A stretch of 64,000 nt of DNA, taken from positions 300,297 through 364,296 of the forward strand of contig NZ_JAHXBF010000014.1 in the NCBI RefSeq assembly GCF_020103695.1, read 5' to 3'. Of this stretch, positions 9,308 through 19,130 are shown piece after piece (the stretch's first letter is position 1; every line of letters starts with the position of its first letter). Below the pieces are notes generated by a model. It saw nothing but the letters and a program-made list of their open reading frames with translations. It was not told the origin of the DNA and made no database searches. The translations under genes and the position numbers were made by a program. The DNA is from Hyalangium versicolor. Lineage in GTDB: Bacteria; Myxococcota; Myxococcia; Myxococcales; Myxococcaceae.

Positions 9308-10288
9308 ATGAACCAACCTGCCCGCGCACTTGTCTCCGCCCCCACTGTTGCCTCCGCGCGCTCGGTCCTGGAGAGGATCGCCGCCCACCTCTCGCGTGTG
9401 GTGCAGGGCAAGGAGGCCCAAGCCCGCCTTACCGTCACCAGCCTCGTTGCCGGAGGCCACCTGCTGCTGGAGGACGTGCCCGGTGTCGGCAAGACGACAC
9501 TGGCCGAGGCGCTGGCTCGCTCGTGCGGGCTGAGCTTCGCGCGCATCCAGTTCACCGCGGACCTGATGCCCGCGGACATCCTGGGCGCGCAGGTCTTCCA
9601 CACCTCGAGCTCCACGTTCAGCTTCCGACAAGGTCCCATCTTCCGGCAGCTCGTGCTGGCCGACGAGCTCAACCGTGCCCCGCCGCGCACCCAGTCCGCG
9701 CTGCTGGAGGGCATGGCCCAGGGGCAGGTGTCGCTGGACGGGAGCACCCATCCCCTGCCCTCGCCCTTCACGGTGGTGGCCACGCAGAATCCGTTGGATC
9801 TCACCGGGACGTATCCGCTGCCGGACTCTCAGCTGGATCGCTTCCTCATGAGGCTGTCGCTGGGGCACCCGTCCCCCGAGGTGGAGGCACGGCTGCTCAC
9901 CACGCGCGGCAGGACGCCTCCCGTGGAGGAGCTGGAGCCAGTGACAGGCCCCGAGGAGCTGATCGGCCTGCGCGCGCTCGCCGCGGATCTGAGGATGGAT
10001 GACTCCGTGGCGGAGTACGTGGTGCGGCTGGCCAAGGCGACGCGCGAGCACGGGGACATCGAGCGCGGCGCTTCCACCCGCGCGGTGCTGGCGGTGGGCG
10101 CCGCGGCCCGAGCCCATGCCCTCTGGGAGGGGCGTGACTTCGTGACGCCGGGGGACGTGCGGGCGGTGCTGGTGCCGTGCCTGGCGCACCGCCTGATGCT
10201 TCGCAGCAACGTGCAGGGGGCAGCGGCCCGGGAGGAGGCTTCCCACCTGCTCGAGGAGATCTCCCGGAAGGTGGCGGCACCTCGGTGA
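9308..10288 (+). CDS. MoxR-family AAA+ ATPase
   Basis: LLLEDVPGVGKTTLAEALA (Walker A), LVLADELNRAPPRTQSALLEGM, VVATQNPLDLTGTYPLPDSQLDRF. Confidence 0.85.
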   Translation: MNQPARALVSAPTVASARSVLERIAAHLSRVVQGKEAQARLTVTSLVAGGHLLLEDVPGVGKTTLAEALARSCGLSFARIQFTADLMPADILGAQVFHTSSSTFSFRQGPIFRQLVLADELNRAPPRTQSALLEGMAQGQVSLDGSTHPLPSPFTVVATQNPLDLTGTYPLPDSQLDRFLMRLSLGHPSPEVEARLLTTRGRTPPVEELEPVTGPEELIGLRALAADLRMDDSVAEYVVRLAKATREHGDIERGASTRAVLAVGAAARAHALWEGRDFVTPGDVRAVLVPCLAHRLMLRSNVQGAAAREEASHLLEEISRKVAAPR

Positions 10289-11253
10289 AGGCGCGGCTCC
10301 AGGCCCTGTGGACGCGGCTGCGTGCCCTGCGTCCTCCGCGCACCTTGAAGGTGACGCGCACGGGACGGACTTATCTGGTGGTGACTTTCGGCGTCGGCCT
10401 GGGCGCGCTCAACACCGGCAACAACCTGCTCTACCTGGTGCTGGGCCTGCTGCTGGCCATGGTGGTGGTGTCCGGCGTGCTCTCCGAGCGCTGCCTGCGC
10501 CACTTGAGCGTGCGCCGCCTGGGTACCGAGTCCGCCTTCGCGGGCGAACCCTTCGCCTACCGCTGGGCCATCACCCGACACCAGGGCCACGCCTTCGCCC
10601 TCACCCTTGCCGAGGTGGATACGCCTCTCACCGGCGAAGGGCGCGTGGGCTACCTGCGCGCGGGCACCGAGCACGTCGTGCGTGCCGATCTCACCGCGCC
10701 CCGGCGAGGCCCGATGCGGCTGAACGGCGTGAGGGTGACCACCACCTGGCCGCTGGGCATCTTCGCCAAGACGCGCGTCTTCGATCTGGAAGGCACCCTG
10801 CTCGTCTACCCGCGGCGCGGCTACGCATGCCAGCTTCCGGACAACGCCCTGCAAGGGGCCTTCGGGGATGCGAGCACGCCCCGGCGCAACGACGGCACGG
10901 GAGACCTGGCCGGGCTGCGCGAGTTAGGCCCGATGGAGGACGCTCGCCGCGTGCACTGGCTCAAGAGCGCCTCCATGGGGAAGCTGATCAAGGTGGAGCG
11001 CGAGCGCGAGGAGCGCCGCACATACAACCTCACCGTCCCGCCCGGCCTCACGGGCGAAGCGCTGGATCGCCGCTGTGAGGAGGTGGCCGCCCTCTCCCAC
11101 GATCTGCTCGAGGCGGGCAACGAAGTGGGGCTGGAGACACCGGGAGATCGCCTGCGCCCCGCGGTGGGCATCGTCCAGGAACGGCACATCCTCCGTGCCC
11201 TGGCCTGGGTGGGCTTCGAGGAGCAACGCGAGGACAAGGAGGCCGCGGCATGA
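10285..11253 (+). CDS. DUF58-family protein (MoxR partner)
   Basis: GTG start overlaps the moxR stop (GTGA). Two N-terminal TM helices; conserved RRVHWLKSASMGKLIKVERERE segment. Confidence 0.7.
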   Translation: MKARLQALWTRLRALRPPRTLKVTRTGRTYLVVTFGVGLGALNTGNNLLYLVLGLLLAMVVVSGVLSERCLRHLSVRRLGTESAFAGEPFAYRWAITRHQGHAFALTLAEVDTPLTGEGRVGYLRAGTEHVVRADLTAPRRGPMRLNGVRVTTTWPLGIFAKTRVFDLEGTLLVYPRRGYACQLPDNALQGAFGDASTPRRNDGTGDLAGLRELGPMEDARRVHWLKSASMGKLIKVEREREERRTYNLTVPPGLTGEALDRRCEEVAALSHDLLEAGNEVGLETPGDRLRPAVGIVQERHILRALAWVGFEEQREDKEAAA

Positions 11254-13268
11254 GCGCGCCCTCCCGCCTGAGGCTCGCCCTGCGCGATCTGGGCGCTGGC
11301 GCGGCGTTCGGCTCCATGATCGTGTCCGGCCAGCTCCCGCTGTGGACGATTGCCCTCTTCGGCCTGGCGCTGGGGCTCGCGCTGCTGGGCTGGCGCGCGT
11401 TCGCGAAGCGCCCCCGCCTCACCGCGCTGCTACTCCTGGCAATGGCGGCCGTGCTGGGCCTCTCGGTGTATGCCGGACAGTTGGACCTGGTGGTGGCCGC
11501 ATGCTCCTTCGCGGGCCTCATCGCCGGCCACCGGATGTTGTCCGCACCGGACTCCCGAACGGACGGCCAGGTGCACCTGGCGGGCCTGCTCATGGTGGCC
11601 GGTGGCGCGGCGCTCTCCGGCGAGCTGGTCTTCGCGGTGTTCCTGGTGGCCTTCTGCGCGTTCGCCAGCCTCTCCATGGGCCTCGGCGTCGTGGAGGCCG
11701 CCGTCCCCGAGGGCGAGCCCCTGCCCGTGCGCGCCGTGGTCCGCCCGCTCTCGGTGGGCCTGATCTTCGCCGTGTGCGGCGCGGCCGCCTTCTTCATCCT
11801 CTTCCCACGCCTCAACTGGAACATGGCCGCACGGCGGGCCTCGCCGGGCCTGGGCGCCACCACCGGCCTCTCGGACACGGTGCGTCTGGGCGGCGCGGGC
11901 ACCCTCAAGAGCAACCCCCGCGTGGTGCTGCGCGCTCACATCACCCCGGATCCCAGCGTGGATCAGCTCGGCGCGTACTGGGTGGCTCGCACCTATGACA
12001 CCTTCGATGGACAGGAGTGGACGAGCGTCGGCGACCAGAAGCGCTCGCGCCAGCGGGTGACACTGCGGCCCGGCGGAGAGCGCTCGCTCCATCAGCGCAT
12101 CGAGCTGCTGCCCGCATATGGCGCTCGCACCCTGGTGGCGCTGGAGACGCCCACGCGCATGGGCAACGCCGTGGCGCACTCGGCGGGAGGCAGCCGACGC
12201 ACCTCGCTGCAGGAGCTGGGGGGCGGCGAAGTTCGCTTCATGGACGCCGCCCTCGGCTACTCCTATGAGGCCACCAGCCTGCCTCCGGAGGAGGACTCCG
12301 CCACCAAGCTGACCGATGCCGAGCGCGGCCAGCTCCTGGCGCTGCCCGATCGGCTGGATCCCCGTGTGGCGGGGCTGGCCCAGCAGGTGATCGGCGGAGA
12401 GAAGGATCCGCTGGCCGCCGCGCAGAAGCTATCCGCCTGGCTGCAGCGCGAGTACGCGTACACGCTGGAGCTGTCGGGCGATGTGGAGGATCCCCTCGCG
12501 GACTTCCTCTTCGTGCGCAAAGCGGGCCACTGCGAGCACTTCGCCACCGCGCTCACCCTCATGCTGCGCACCCAGGGCTTCTCGGCACGGCTGGCCTCGG
12601 GCTTCTTCGGCGGCGAGCGCTCGGGCGAGGACTACATCCTGCGTGCCGGAGATGCCCACGCCTGGACGCACGTGCTGGTTCCGAACCGGGGCTTCATCAC
12701 CGTGGACGCGACGCCCCCCGGCAACCGCGCGAGCCAGTCCGTGGCCGTGCTCCAGGTGCTCACCGGCCTGTACGAAGCCCTCGAGGCCACCTGGCGCTCC
12801 TCCGTCGTCGACTTCTCCCTCAAGGATCAGATGGACGTCGCGCAGCGCTTCATCCGCCCGCCGCGCGATCCGGCCCGAGGCCCCGCCCGGCTGCCACCGG
12901 CCCGCGTCTGGGGACTGGCGCTGCTGGCAGGCCTCGTCACCTACAGCGTGTGGCGCTTCCTCTCCGGACGGCTCTCCGCAACCCGGCCACACGCGGCCAC
13001 GAAGCTGGTGGACATCGCGGAGCGCATGCTGCGCGAGGCCGGCGTCCGCTCCCACGAGGGCGAGACGCTGGAGGATCTCACCGCGCGCCTCGTCCGCGAG
13101 CACCACTCTCTGGCCGAGCCCCTGGCCCCCCTCACCCGCCGCTACCTGGAGGCCCGCTTCGGCCAGCGGCCCCTCGAGTCGGGAGAGGCCGAGCGCCTGC
13201 TCCAGCCCCTGCGCCGCTTCATCGAGGCCCGGCGCGCGGCGGCAGGCTCCCAGCGCAGCGCCTCCTGA
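11250..13268 (+). CDS. Transglutaminase-like membrane protein (TgpA/DUF3488 + transglutaminase core)
   Basis: Multi-TM N-terminus. Catalytic core FVRKAGHCEHFATALTLMLRTQGFSARLASGF...DAHAWTHVLVPNRGFITVDATP (Cys-His-Asp). Start overlaps the DUF58 stop. Confidence 0.8.
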   Translation: MSAPSRLRLALRDLGAGAAFGSMIVSGQLPLWTIALFGLALGLALLGWRAFAKRPRLTALLLLAMAAVLGLSVYAGQLDLVVAACSFAGLIAGHRMLSAPDSRTDGQVHLAGLLMVAGGAALSGELVFAVFLVAFCAFASLSMGLGVVEAAVPEGEPLPVRAVVRPLSVGLIFAVCGAAAFFILFPRLNWNMAARRASPGLGATTGLSDTVRLGGAGTLKSNPRVVLRAHITPDPSVDQLGAYWVARTYDTFDGQEWTSVGDQKRSRQRVTLRPGGERSLHQRIELLPAYGARTLVALETPTRMGNAVAHSAGGSRRTSLQELGGGEVRFMDAALGYSYEATSLPPEEDSATKLTDAERGQLLALPDRLDPRVAGLAQQVIGGEKDPLAAAQKLSAWLQREYAYTLELSGDVEDPLADFLFVRKAGHCEHFATALTLMLRTQGFSARLASGFFGGERSGEDYILRAGDAHAWTHVLVPNRGFITVDATPPGNRASQSVAVLQVLTGLYEALEATWRSSVVDFSLKDQMDVAQRFIRPPRDPARGPARLPPARVWGLALLAGLVTYSVWRFLSGRLSATRPHAATKLVDIAERMLREAGVRSHEGETLEDLTARLVREHHSLAEPLAPLTRRYLEARFGQRPLESGEAERLLQPLRRFIEARRAAAGSQRSAS

Positions 13269-13633
13269 GCCGCCTCGCCTGCCCTCCGGGCGTTCGAGCC
13301 CGTTGACTCGGGCAGACGACACAGGCCCACCCCGTTACAGGGTTGGAAAGCAGGGACGGACTCCCCATCTCATCCCCTGGGCTTGGAGGTATCGGCTGAG
13401 CGTTGCGCAACTTCTACAGACCGTCTGGACCGGGGTTCCTGGCAGCGGCCTGTAACCCTTTCCTTCTCCCGGCCTCCCTTCCAGCCGGGCTCCACGTCAA
13501 CCCCCTGCTATTCCAGGGGATTTTCCATGAACGAGGGCTGGCACCGCGGTTGCTCCTGGCATGGAGCGTGCGGTCGTCAAGCGGTGCCAACCCACTCCAT
13601 CGGCCTCAGGCCTCTCGTCGGGAGAAACCCATC

Positions 13634-14524
13634 ATGCAGAACGCCCATGAGCAGTCGTCCAACTCCGGCTCCCTGGCCATGTATCTCTCGGAGATCAACC
13701 AGTACTCCCTGCTCTCCGTCGAGGAGGAGCAGGCCCTGGCGCGGAAGTTCATCAAGGGCGACCTGTCCGCGGGTCACCGCCTGGTCACCTCCAACCTGCG
13801 CTTCGTCGTCAAGGTCGCCTACGAGTACCGCTCCTACGGCATCAAGATGAGCGATCTCATCCAAGAGGGGAACATCGGCCTGATGAAGGCCGTGCAGAAG
13901 TTCGACCCGGACAAGGGCATTCGCCTCATCTCCTACGCGGTGTGGTGGATCCGCGCGTACATCCAGAACTACATCCTCAAGAGCTGGTCGCTGGTGAAGC
14001 TCGGGACGACGCAGGCCCAGCGCAAGCTGTTCTTCAGTCTGGCGCGCACCCGCCGCGAGCTGGAGAAGTTCGGCGCGGATGACGGCTCCGTGGTGAACGT
14101 GGACGACATCGCCAAGAAGCTGCACGTGAAGCCCGGCGAGGTGCGCGAGATGGAGCAGCGCATGGGCGGCCGCGATCTCTCCCTGGACGCGCCCATGGGC
14201 GAGGACGGCGGCAACAGCCACGTGGACTTCGTGGTGAGCGCCAGCGCTCCCCAGGATGACGAGTTCGCCGACAAGGAAGAGGCCGGCCTCATCAACACCC
14301 GTGTGCGCACCGCCCTCAACCGGCTGGATCCGCGCGAGCGCTTCATCATCGAGCAGCGCGTCATGAACGAGCGCCCCATGACGCTCAAGGAGCTGGGCGA
14401 GCACTTCGGCTTCTCTCGCGAGCGCGCCCGCCAGCTGGAGATCCGCGCCAAGGACAAGCTCAAGTCCGAGCTGGCCGCGCTCATGGCCGAGGTGGATCCC
14501 GACACGGCCGCCGTGGCCCAGTAA
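13634..14524 (+). CDS. RpoH-like (sigma-32 family) RNA polymerase sigma factor
   Basis: [13 protein letters not shown]...[67 protein letters not shown] (regions 2.x) and a C-terminal region-4 HTH. Start at MQNAHEQ (13634). Confidence 0.8.
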   Translation: MQNAHEQSSNSGSLAMYLSEINQYSLLSVEEEQALARKFIKGDLSAGHRLVTSNLRFVVKVAYEYRSYGIKMSDLIQEGNIGLMKAVQKFDPDKGIRLISYAVWWIRAYIQNYILKSWSLVKLGTTQAQRKLFFSLARTRRELEKFGADDGSVVNVDDIAKKLHVKPGEVREMEQRMGGRDLSLDAPMGEDGGNSHVDFVVSASAPQDDEFADKEEAGLINTRVRTALNRLDPRERFIIEQRVMNERPMTLKELGEHFGFSRERARQLEIRAKDKLKSELAALMAEVDPDTAAVAQ

Positions 14525-14670
14525 ACGCCTGCCGGGCGAGGGGCCATCCTCCGGGTAGTTCCTCGCCCTACATGGCCAGCGGGTAGTTCTTCGGTTACAG
14601 GACTCTCCCGAAGCGTCCGAGCGAGTAGACTGGGGTTCCCCCCACCCTCTGCTCGGACCGTCGGGACCGC

Positions 14671-16443
14671 ATGGCCTCACCTCAGAACGCCCAGGGAACA
14701 GCGCCGGAGCCTTCCGCGGATCCAGTGGTACGCGAGAAGGTGGAACAGGCACGGAACTTCACGTTCCAGCTCCTCAAGGGCATCAAACAGATCGGGATGT
14801 ATCGCCACAACGAGGCGAAGTTTCCCGAGTTCCTCGGCCGTGCCCTGGAGGCCATCGAGGAATACACGGCCAAGCACGGCCCGCTCTCACTGAAAGTGGA
14901 ACAGCAGAACTTCCTGCTGTTCGGTGAGCCGCTGTTCTCCGAGTCCACGCCGCTGCCCTACAAGTTCTTCCGCGACGGCATCCGCCAGCTGATCTTCCGG
15001 CCGGGGATGATGCTGCCGGAGCTGGTCACCTTCACGCTGATTGCGCTCTCGGAGCCGGAGCGCGGCGCGGACGACGTGCTGTCTCAGTTGTGGAAGGCGA
15101 ACCTGGAGCACGTGGAGTACGTGGTGGTGGAGGGCTTCTCCATCGACGGCGCCTCGGACGAGGACGTGGCCGTCGAGGTGGACAAGGTGGTGGGCTACCT
15201 CTACGCCCGGCTGCGGACGAACTCGGATGACTTCCTGCGCTTCGCGCGCGTGTCCGCGGACGATCTGGACACGCAGATGGACGGCGTGGAGCAGATTCGC
15301 GGCGTGGTGGTGCAGGGCACGTACGCCACGGACACGCTGAAGGCCCGGCTGCAGAAGGAGATCGACGAGGAGGAGAACTCCCGCCTCTTCCCCAAGCTGG
15401 TGAGCGCCATCTTCCAGGTGGTGGAAGGCGGCGTGGAGGACGTGGCGCTGCTGGAGGAGATCTTCGTCCAACTGCTGGACGCCATGCTCATCCAGGACGA
15501 CTACGGCACCATCAACCAGATGGTGCTCAAGCTGCGCGCCCTGTCCCAGCGCGAAGAAGCGGAGGGCAACCCCATCGCGCGGCTGCTCGCCTACTTCGTG
15601 CAGAAGATGGGAGACGAGCAGCGCCTGAATCGAATGGGCGAGGGGCTCAAGCACAGCAAGCCGAAGAACCCGGCCGACATCACCCGCTACCTGCAGGTGC
15701 TGGACGAGCCCGCGATCATTCCCCTGCTCACGGTGCTGGAGACGATCGAGGTGCAGGAGAACCGGGTGCTCTTGTGCGACGTGCTGGCGAGCTTCGCGAA
15801 GAACCGGCCGGACCCGTTCGTCATCCGCTTGCAGTCGGACCGGCCGCAGACCGTGCGCGACATGGTCTACATCCTGGAGAAGTGCCAGCACCCGGACCGG
15901 CTGAAGATGTTCGGGCAGGTGCTCAAGGGGAAGAACCTGGTGGTGAAGCTCGAGGTGATGAACATCATCGCCCTGAGCCACAGCGGCGAGGCCCGGAAGA
16001 TGATGTCGGATCTGCTCCACGATCCGATCTCCCAGGTGCGCATCCAGGCGGCCAAGCTGCTGCCCGAGTTCGACAACGACAAGGCGTACCTGGACCTGCT
16101 GCGCGTCATCAAGGACTCGAGCAACTTCGAGAAGAAGACGCCGGACGAGCGCACGGCGTTCTACGCGGCGCTGGGCTCCACGGGCAGCCCCAACGCGCTG
16201 ACGTGGCTGACACACCTGCTGTCGGTGAAGCCTTCGCTGCTGACGAAGAAGAAGGTGATGGACGACAAGCTGCTGGCCATCCAGGGGCTGGCGGCCGCGT
16301 GCAACGTGCACTCGTACAAGGTGCTGCAGGGCGTGGTGGAGGACAAGGCGCAGCCAACGGAGGTGCTCACCGCGGCGCGCAAGGCGATGTATCAGACCCG
16401 CAAGGCATTGTTCGGCGACGCAACCGCCACCGAGGAGGCGTGA
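14671..16443 (+). CDS. HEAT/ARM-like repeat protein, hypothetical
   Basis: 590 aa, all-alpha repeats (e.g. ...LDLLRVIKDSSNFEKKTPDERTAFYAALGSTGSPNALTWLTHLL). Followed by the HD-domain gene after a 4-nt gap. Confidence 0.5.
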   Translation: MASPQNAQGTAPEPSADPVVREKVEQARNFTFQLLKGIKQIGMYRHNEAKFPEFLGRALEAIEEYTAKHGPLSLKVEQQNFLLFGEPLFSESTPLPYKFFRDGIRQLIFRPGMMLPELVTFTLIALSEPERGADDVLSQLWKANLEHVEYVVVEGFSIDGASDEDVAVEVDKVVGYLYARLRTNSDDFLRFARVSADDLDTQMDGVEQIRGVVVQGTYATDTLKARLQKEIDEEENSRLFPKLVSAIFQVVEGGVEDVALLEEIFVQLLDAMLIQDDYGTINQMVLKLRALSQREEAEGNPIARLLAYFVQKMGDEQRLNRMGEGLKHSKPKNPADITRYLQVLDEPAIIPLLTVLETIEVQENRVLLCDVLASFAKNRPDPFVIRLQSDRPQTVRDMVYILEKCQHPDRLKMFGQVLKGKNLVVKLEVMNIIALSHSGEARKMMSDLLHDPISQVRIQAAKLLPEFDNDKAYLDLLRVIKDSSNFEKKTPDERTAFYAALGSTGSPNALTWLTHLLSVKPSLLTKKKVMDDKLLAIQGLAAACNVHSYKVLQGVVEDKAQPTEVLTAARKAMYQTRKALFGDATATEEA

Positions 16444-16447
16444 GTCC

Positions 16448-17767
16448 ATGGCCGAGAACCTGAAGATCACCCAGGCCCAGAACGAGAACATCGGCGAGTT
16501 CGGCCGAGGGCACTCGGAGAAACTGCAGACGCTGGCGCGCGGACTGGTGTCCGGGCTCTACATGCTGGTGCGCTCCGTGAAAATGTACGATCCGGACAAC
16601 GCCGTGTTCGAGAAGCCGCTGGCGCAGCTCCAGGACGTCGTCAACCAGATCATCTCCAAGGAAGGGCGTCTGGATCTGGTGGGCGTGAAGGACTCCTTCT
16701 ACCTGAACAACATGCTGGTGAAGGTGGACCTGAACTCGATCGAGAACCAGCGCTACCTGTTGTCCGAGATGCGCGCCAAGGACGTGGGCGGCTTCACGGT
16801 GTCCAAGCCCATCACCCTGCCGGAGCTGAAGAACTTCGTCTGGATCTTCAGCAAGGAGCAGACAGAGCAGGCGTCCGAAGAGGGCCTGGAGAACCGGAAG
16901 CTGCTGAACATGAAGGTGGCCCGCTTCTCGAAGCTGCGCGAGAAGCTGAACAAGGAAGCGGACCGGCTGGACAACCCGGACGATCAGAAGGTCGACCGGA
17001 AGAAGTACGCGATGACGGTGTACGCGCGCGCGGTCGTCTTCCTGCAGAAGTACCTGGAGTCCGTGCGAGCCGGAAAGCCGCTGAACTCGTCCAAGGCGCT
17101 GCGACTGGTACAGGACCTGGTGGACGTCTCGTACGACCAGAAGACACACTTCCTGGGCATGACGACCACGAAGCGCGAGGCCGAGTACCTGGTCTTCCAT
17201 CAGGTGAACGTGTGCCTGATGAGCATCGTGTTCGGCGCGGAGCTGGGGCTGACCAAGCCGCAGCTGCGGGATCTGGGCTACATCGCGCTGTTCCACGACG
17301 CGGGGATGACGACGATCCCGGACGAGCTGGCGACGAAGCGCGGGGCGCTGACGGTGGACGAGAAGGCGCAGATCCAGAAGGCGCCGCTGATCTCCGTCCG
17401 CAACATCCTCATGGAGAAGGGCTTCTCGCGCTCGACGCTGCTGCGCGTGGTGACGACGTTCGAGCACAAGGCGGACTTCGGGACGGCGGTGCGGGATGCG
17501 CGCGGCAACATCCAGATGATCATCCCCAAGACGAACCTGGGTGTGTTCGCGAAGGTCATCGCCATCTGCGACGCGTTCGACGCGCTGACGAGCAAGCGGC
17601 CGTACCGGGATGCCTACGGGCCCGACGTGGCGCTGATGCTGATGTGGACGGAGATGCGCAACAAGTTCGACCCGGAGCTGCTCCAGGTCTTCATGCGGGT
17701 GATGGCGATCCAGCCGGTGAAGGTGCTCTCGAAGCGCCAGCAGAACGTGTCCCTGGCCGGCGTCTGA
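16448..17767 (+). CDS. HD-domain phosphohydrolase (HD-GYP-like)
   Basis: LGYIALFHDAGM ... ICDAFDALTSKRPYRDAYGP. Confidence 0.65.
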   Translation: MAENLKITQAQNENIGEFGRGHSEKLQTLARGLVSGLYMLVRSVKMYDPDNAVFEKPLAQLQDVVNQIISKEGRLDLVGVKDSFYLNNMLVKVDLNSIENQRYLLSEMRAKDVGGFTVSKPITLPELKNFVWIFSKEQTEQASEEGLENRKLLNMKVARFSKLREKLNKEADRLDNPDDQKVDRKKYAMTVYARAVVFLQKYLESVRAGKPLNSSKALRLVQDLVDVSYDQKTHFLGMTTTKREAEYLVFHQVNVCLMSIVFGAELGLTKPQLRDLGYIALFHDAGMTTIPDELATKRGALTVDEKAQIQKAPLISVRNILMEKGFSRSTLLRVVTTFEHKADFGTAVRDARGNIQMIIPKTNLGVFAKVIAICDAFDALTSKRPYRDAYGPDVALMLMWTEMRNKFDPELLQVFMRVMAIQPVKVLSKRQQNVSLAGV

Positions 17768-17774
17768 GAAGACC

Positions 17775-19130
17775 ATGCCGGACAGGCCATCGACTCCAGA
17801 AGATCCCACACGGAAGACCCTGCCTCATGCGACGCCCGGAGCTCCCGAGCCGGGCCGCATCCGCCGGTTCCGGCTCACCGTCATGGAGGGAGCCCAGGCA
17901 GGCGTGACGTGGGAGTCCAGCGCGGATCGAGGCTCGGTGGGCTCACACCCGAGCAATGATCTCGTGCTGGAGGAGCCCACCGTCTCCGGCTTCCACTGTG
18001 AGCTGCAGGTGGGCTCCGAGGGCGTCACGCTGCGCGACCTCGGCAGCCTCAACGGGGCGGTGGTGGACGGGGTGCGCGTCAAGGAGGCGCTGCTGCGCGG
18101 GGGCAGCCTGCTGCGCCTGGGCGCCACCGTGCTCCGCTTCGACTTCAGCCCCGAGAGCAATCGGCTGCCCCTCTCGGAGAAGACGCGCTTTGGCTCACTG
18201 GCGGGCACCTCCGCCGCCATGCGCACCACCTTTGCCCTGCTGGAGCGCGCCTCCACCAGCGATGCCACCGTGCTGCTGGAGGGCGAGACAGGTACCGGAA
18301 AGAGCCAGGCCGCCCAGGCGCTCCACGAGGCCAGCCCGCGCAAGGATCAGCCTTTTCTCGTCGTGGACTGCACCGCCCTGCCCGCCCCGCTCCTGGAGAG
18401 CGAGCTGTTCGGCCACGAGAAGGGATCCTTCACCGGCGCCACCAACCGCCGCATCGGGGCCTTCGAGGAGGCGCAGGGCGGCACGGTCTTCCTGGACGAG
18501 GTGGGCGAGTTGCCCGCGGAGCTCCAGCCCAAGCTGCTGCGCGTGCTGGAGGCCCGCCAGGTGCGCCGCGTGGGCTCCAACATCTGGCGGCCCGTGGACG
18601 TGCGCATCATCGCCGCCACCCATCGCGATCTGCGGCGGCTGGTGAACACCGGCGCCTTCCGCACGGATCTCTTCTTCCGGCTCGCCGTGGTGCGCGTCGT
18701 CATGCCCTCGCTGCGCCAGCGGCCGGAGGATCTCCGCGAGGTGGCCCTGGCCGTGCTGGCCTCGCTGGGAGCCTCCGAGGAACGCCGCGAGGCGCTGCTC
18801 ACCTCAGAGCTGCTCACCCGGCTGCAGCAGTGGGCGTGGCCGGGCAATGTGCGGGAGATGCGCAACTACCTCGAGCGCTGCCTCGTGTTCGATGAGGCGC
18901 CTCCCCTCTCCGACGAAGCGGGGTGGCTGCCCGCCAGTGATGGACCCGCTGTGGACGTGAACGTGCCCTTCACCGAGGCGAGACGGCAGGCGCTGGATGA
19001 CTTCGAGCGCCGCTACCTCTCGACCCTGCTGGAGCGCCACGGAAGCCACCTGAGCCAGGCCGCAGCAGCAGCGGGCATCGATCGGGTGTACCTCTACCGA
19101 TTGCTGCGCCGGCACGGACTCAAGCGCTAA
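17775..19130 (+). CDS. Sigma-54-dependent transcriptional activator with N-terminal FHA domain
   Basis: FHA signature (SGFHCELQVGSEGVTLRDLGSLNGAVVDG). AAA+ core LLEGETGTGKSQAAQALHEAS, ESELFGHEKGSFTGA; C-terminal Fis-type HTH. The true start may be the internal ATG at 17883. Confidence 0.8.
   Translation: MPDRPSTPEDPTRKTLPHATPGAPEPGRIRRFRLTVMEGAQAGVTWESSADRGSVGSHPSNDLVLEEPTVSGFHCELQVGSEGVTLRDLGSLNGAVVDGVRVKEALLRGGSLLRLGATVLRFDFSPESNRLPLSEKTRFGSLAGTSAAMRTTFALLERASTSDATVLLEGETGTGKSQAAQALHEASPRKDQPFLVVDCTALPAPLLESELFGHEKGSFTGATNRRIGAFEEAQGGTVFLDEVGELPAELQPKLLRVLEARQVRRVGSNIWRPVDVRIIAATHRDLRRLVNTGAFRTDLFFRLAVVRVVMPSLRQRPEDLREVALAVLASLGASEERREALLTSELLTRLQQWAWPGNVREMRNYLERCLVFDEAPPLSDEAGWLPASDGPAVDVNVPFTEARRQALDDFERRYLSTLLERHGSHLSQAAAAAGIDRVYLYRLLRRHGLKR

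Noticed and set aside
14887-17809. 534-aa and 480-aa antisense ORFs opposite the HEAT-repeat and HD-domain genes
   Set aside because: Antisense to genes with clear domain content. Translations are dominated by R/L/H/Q/V repeats.
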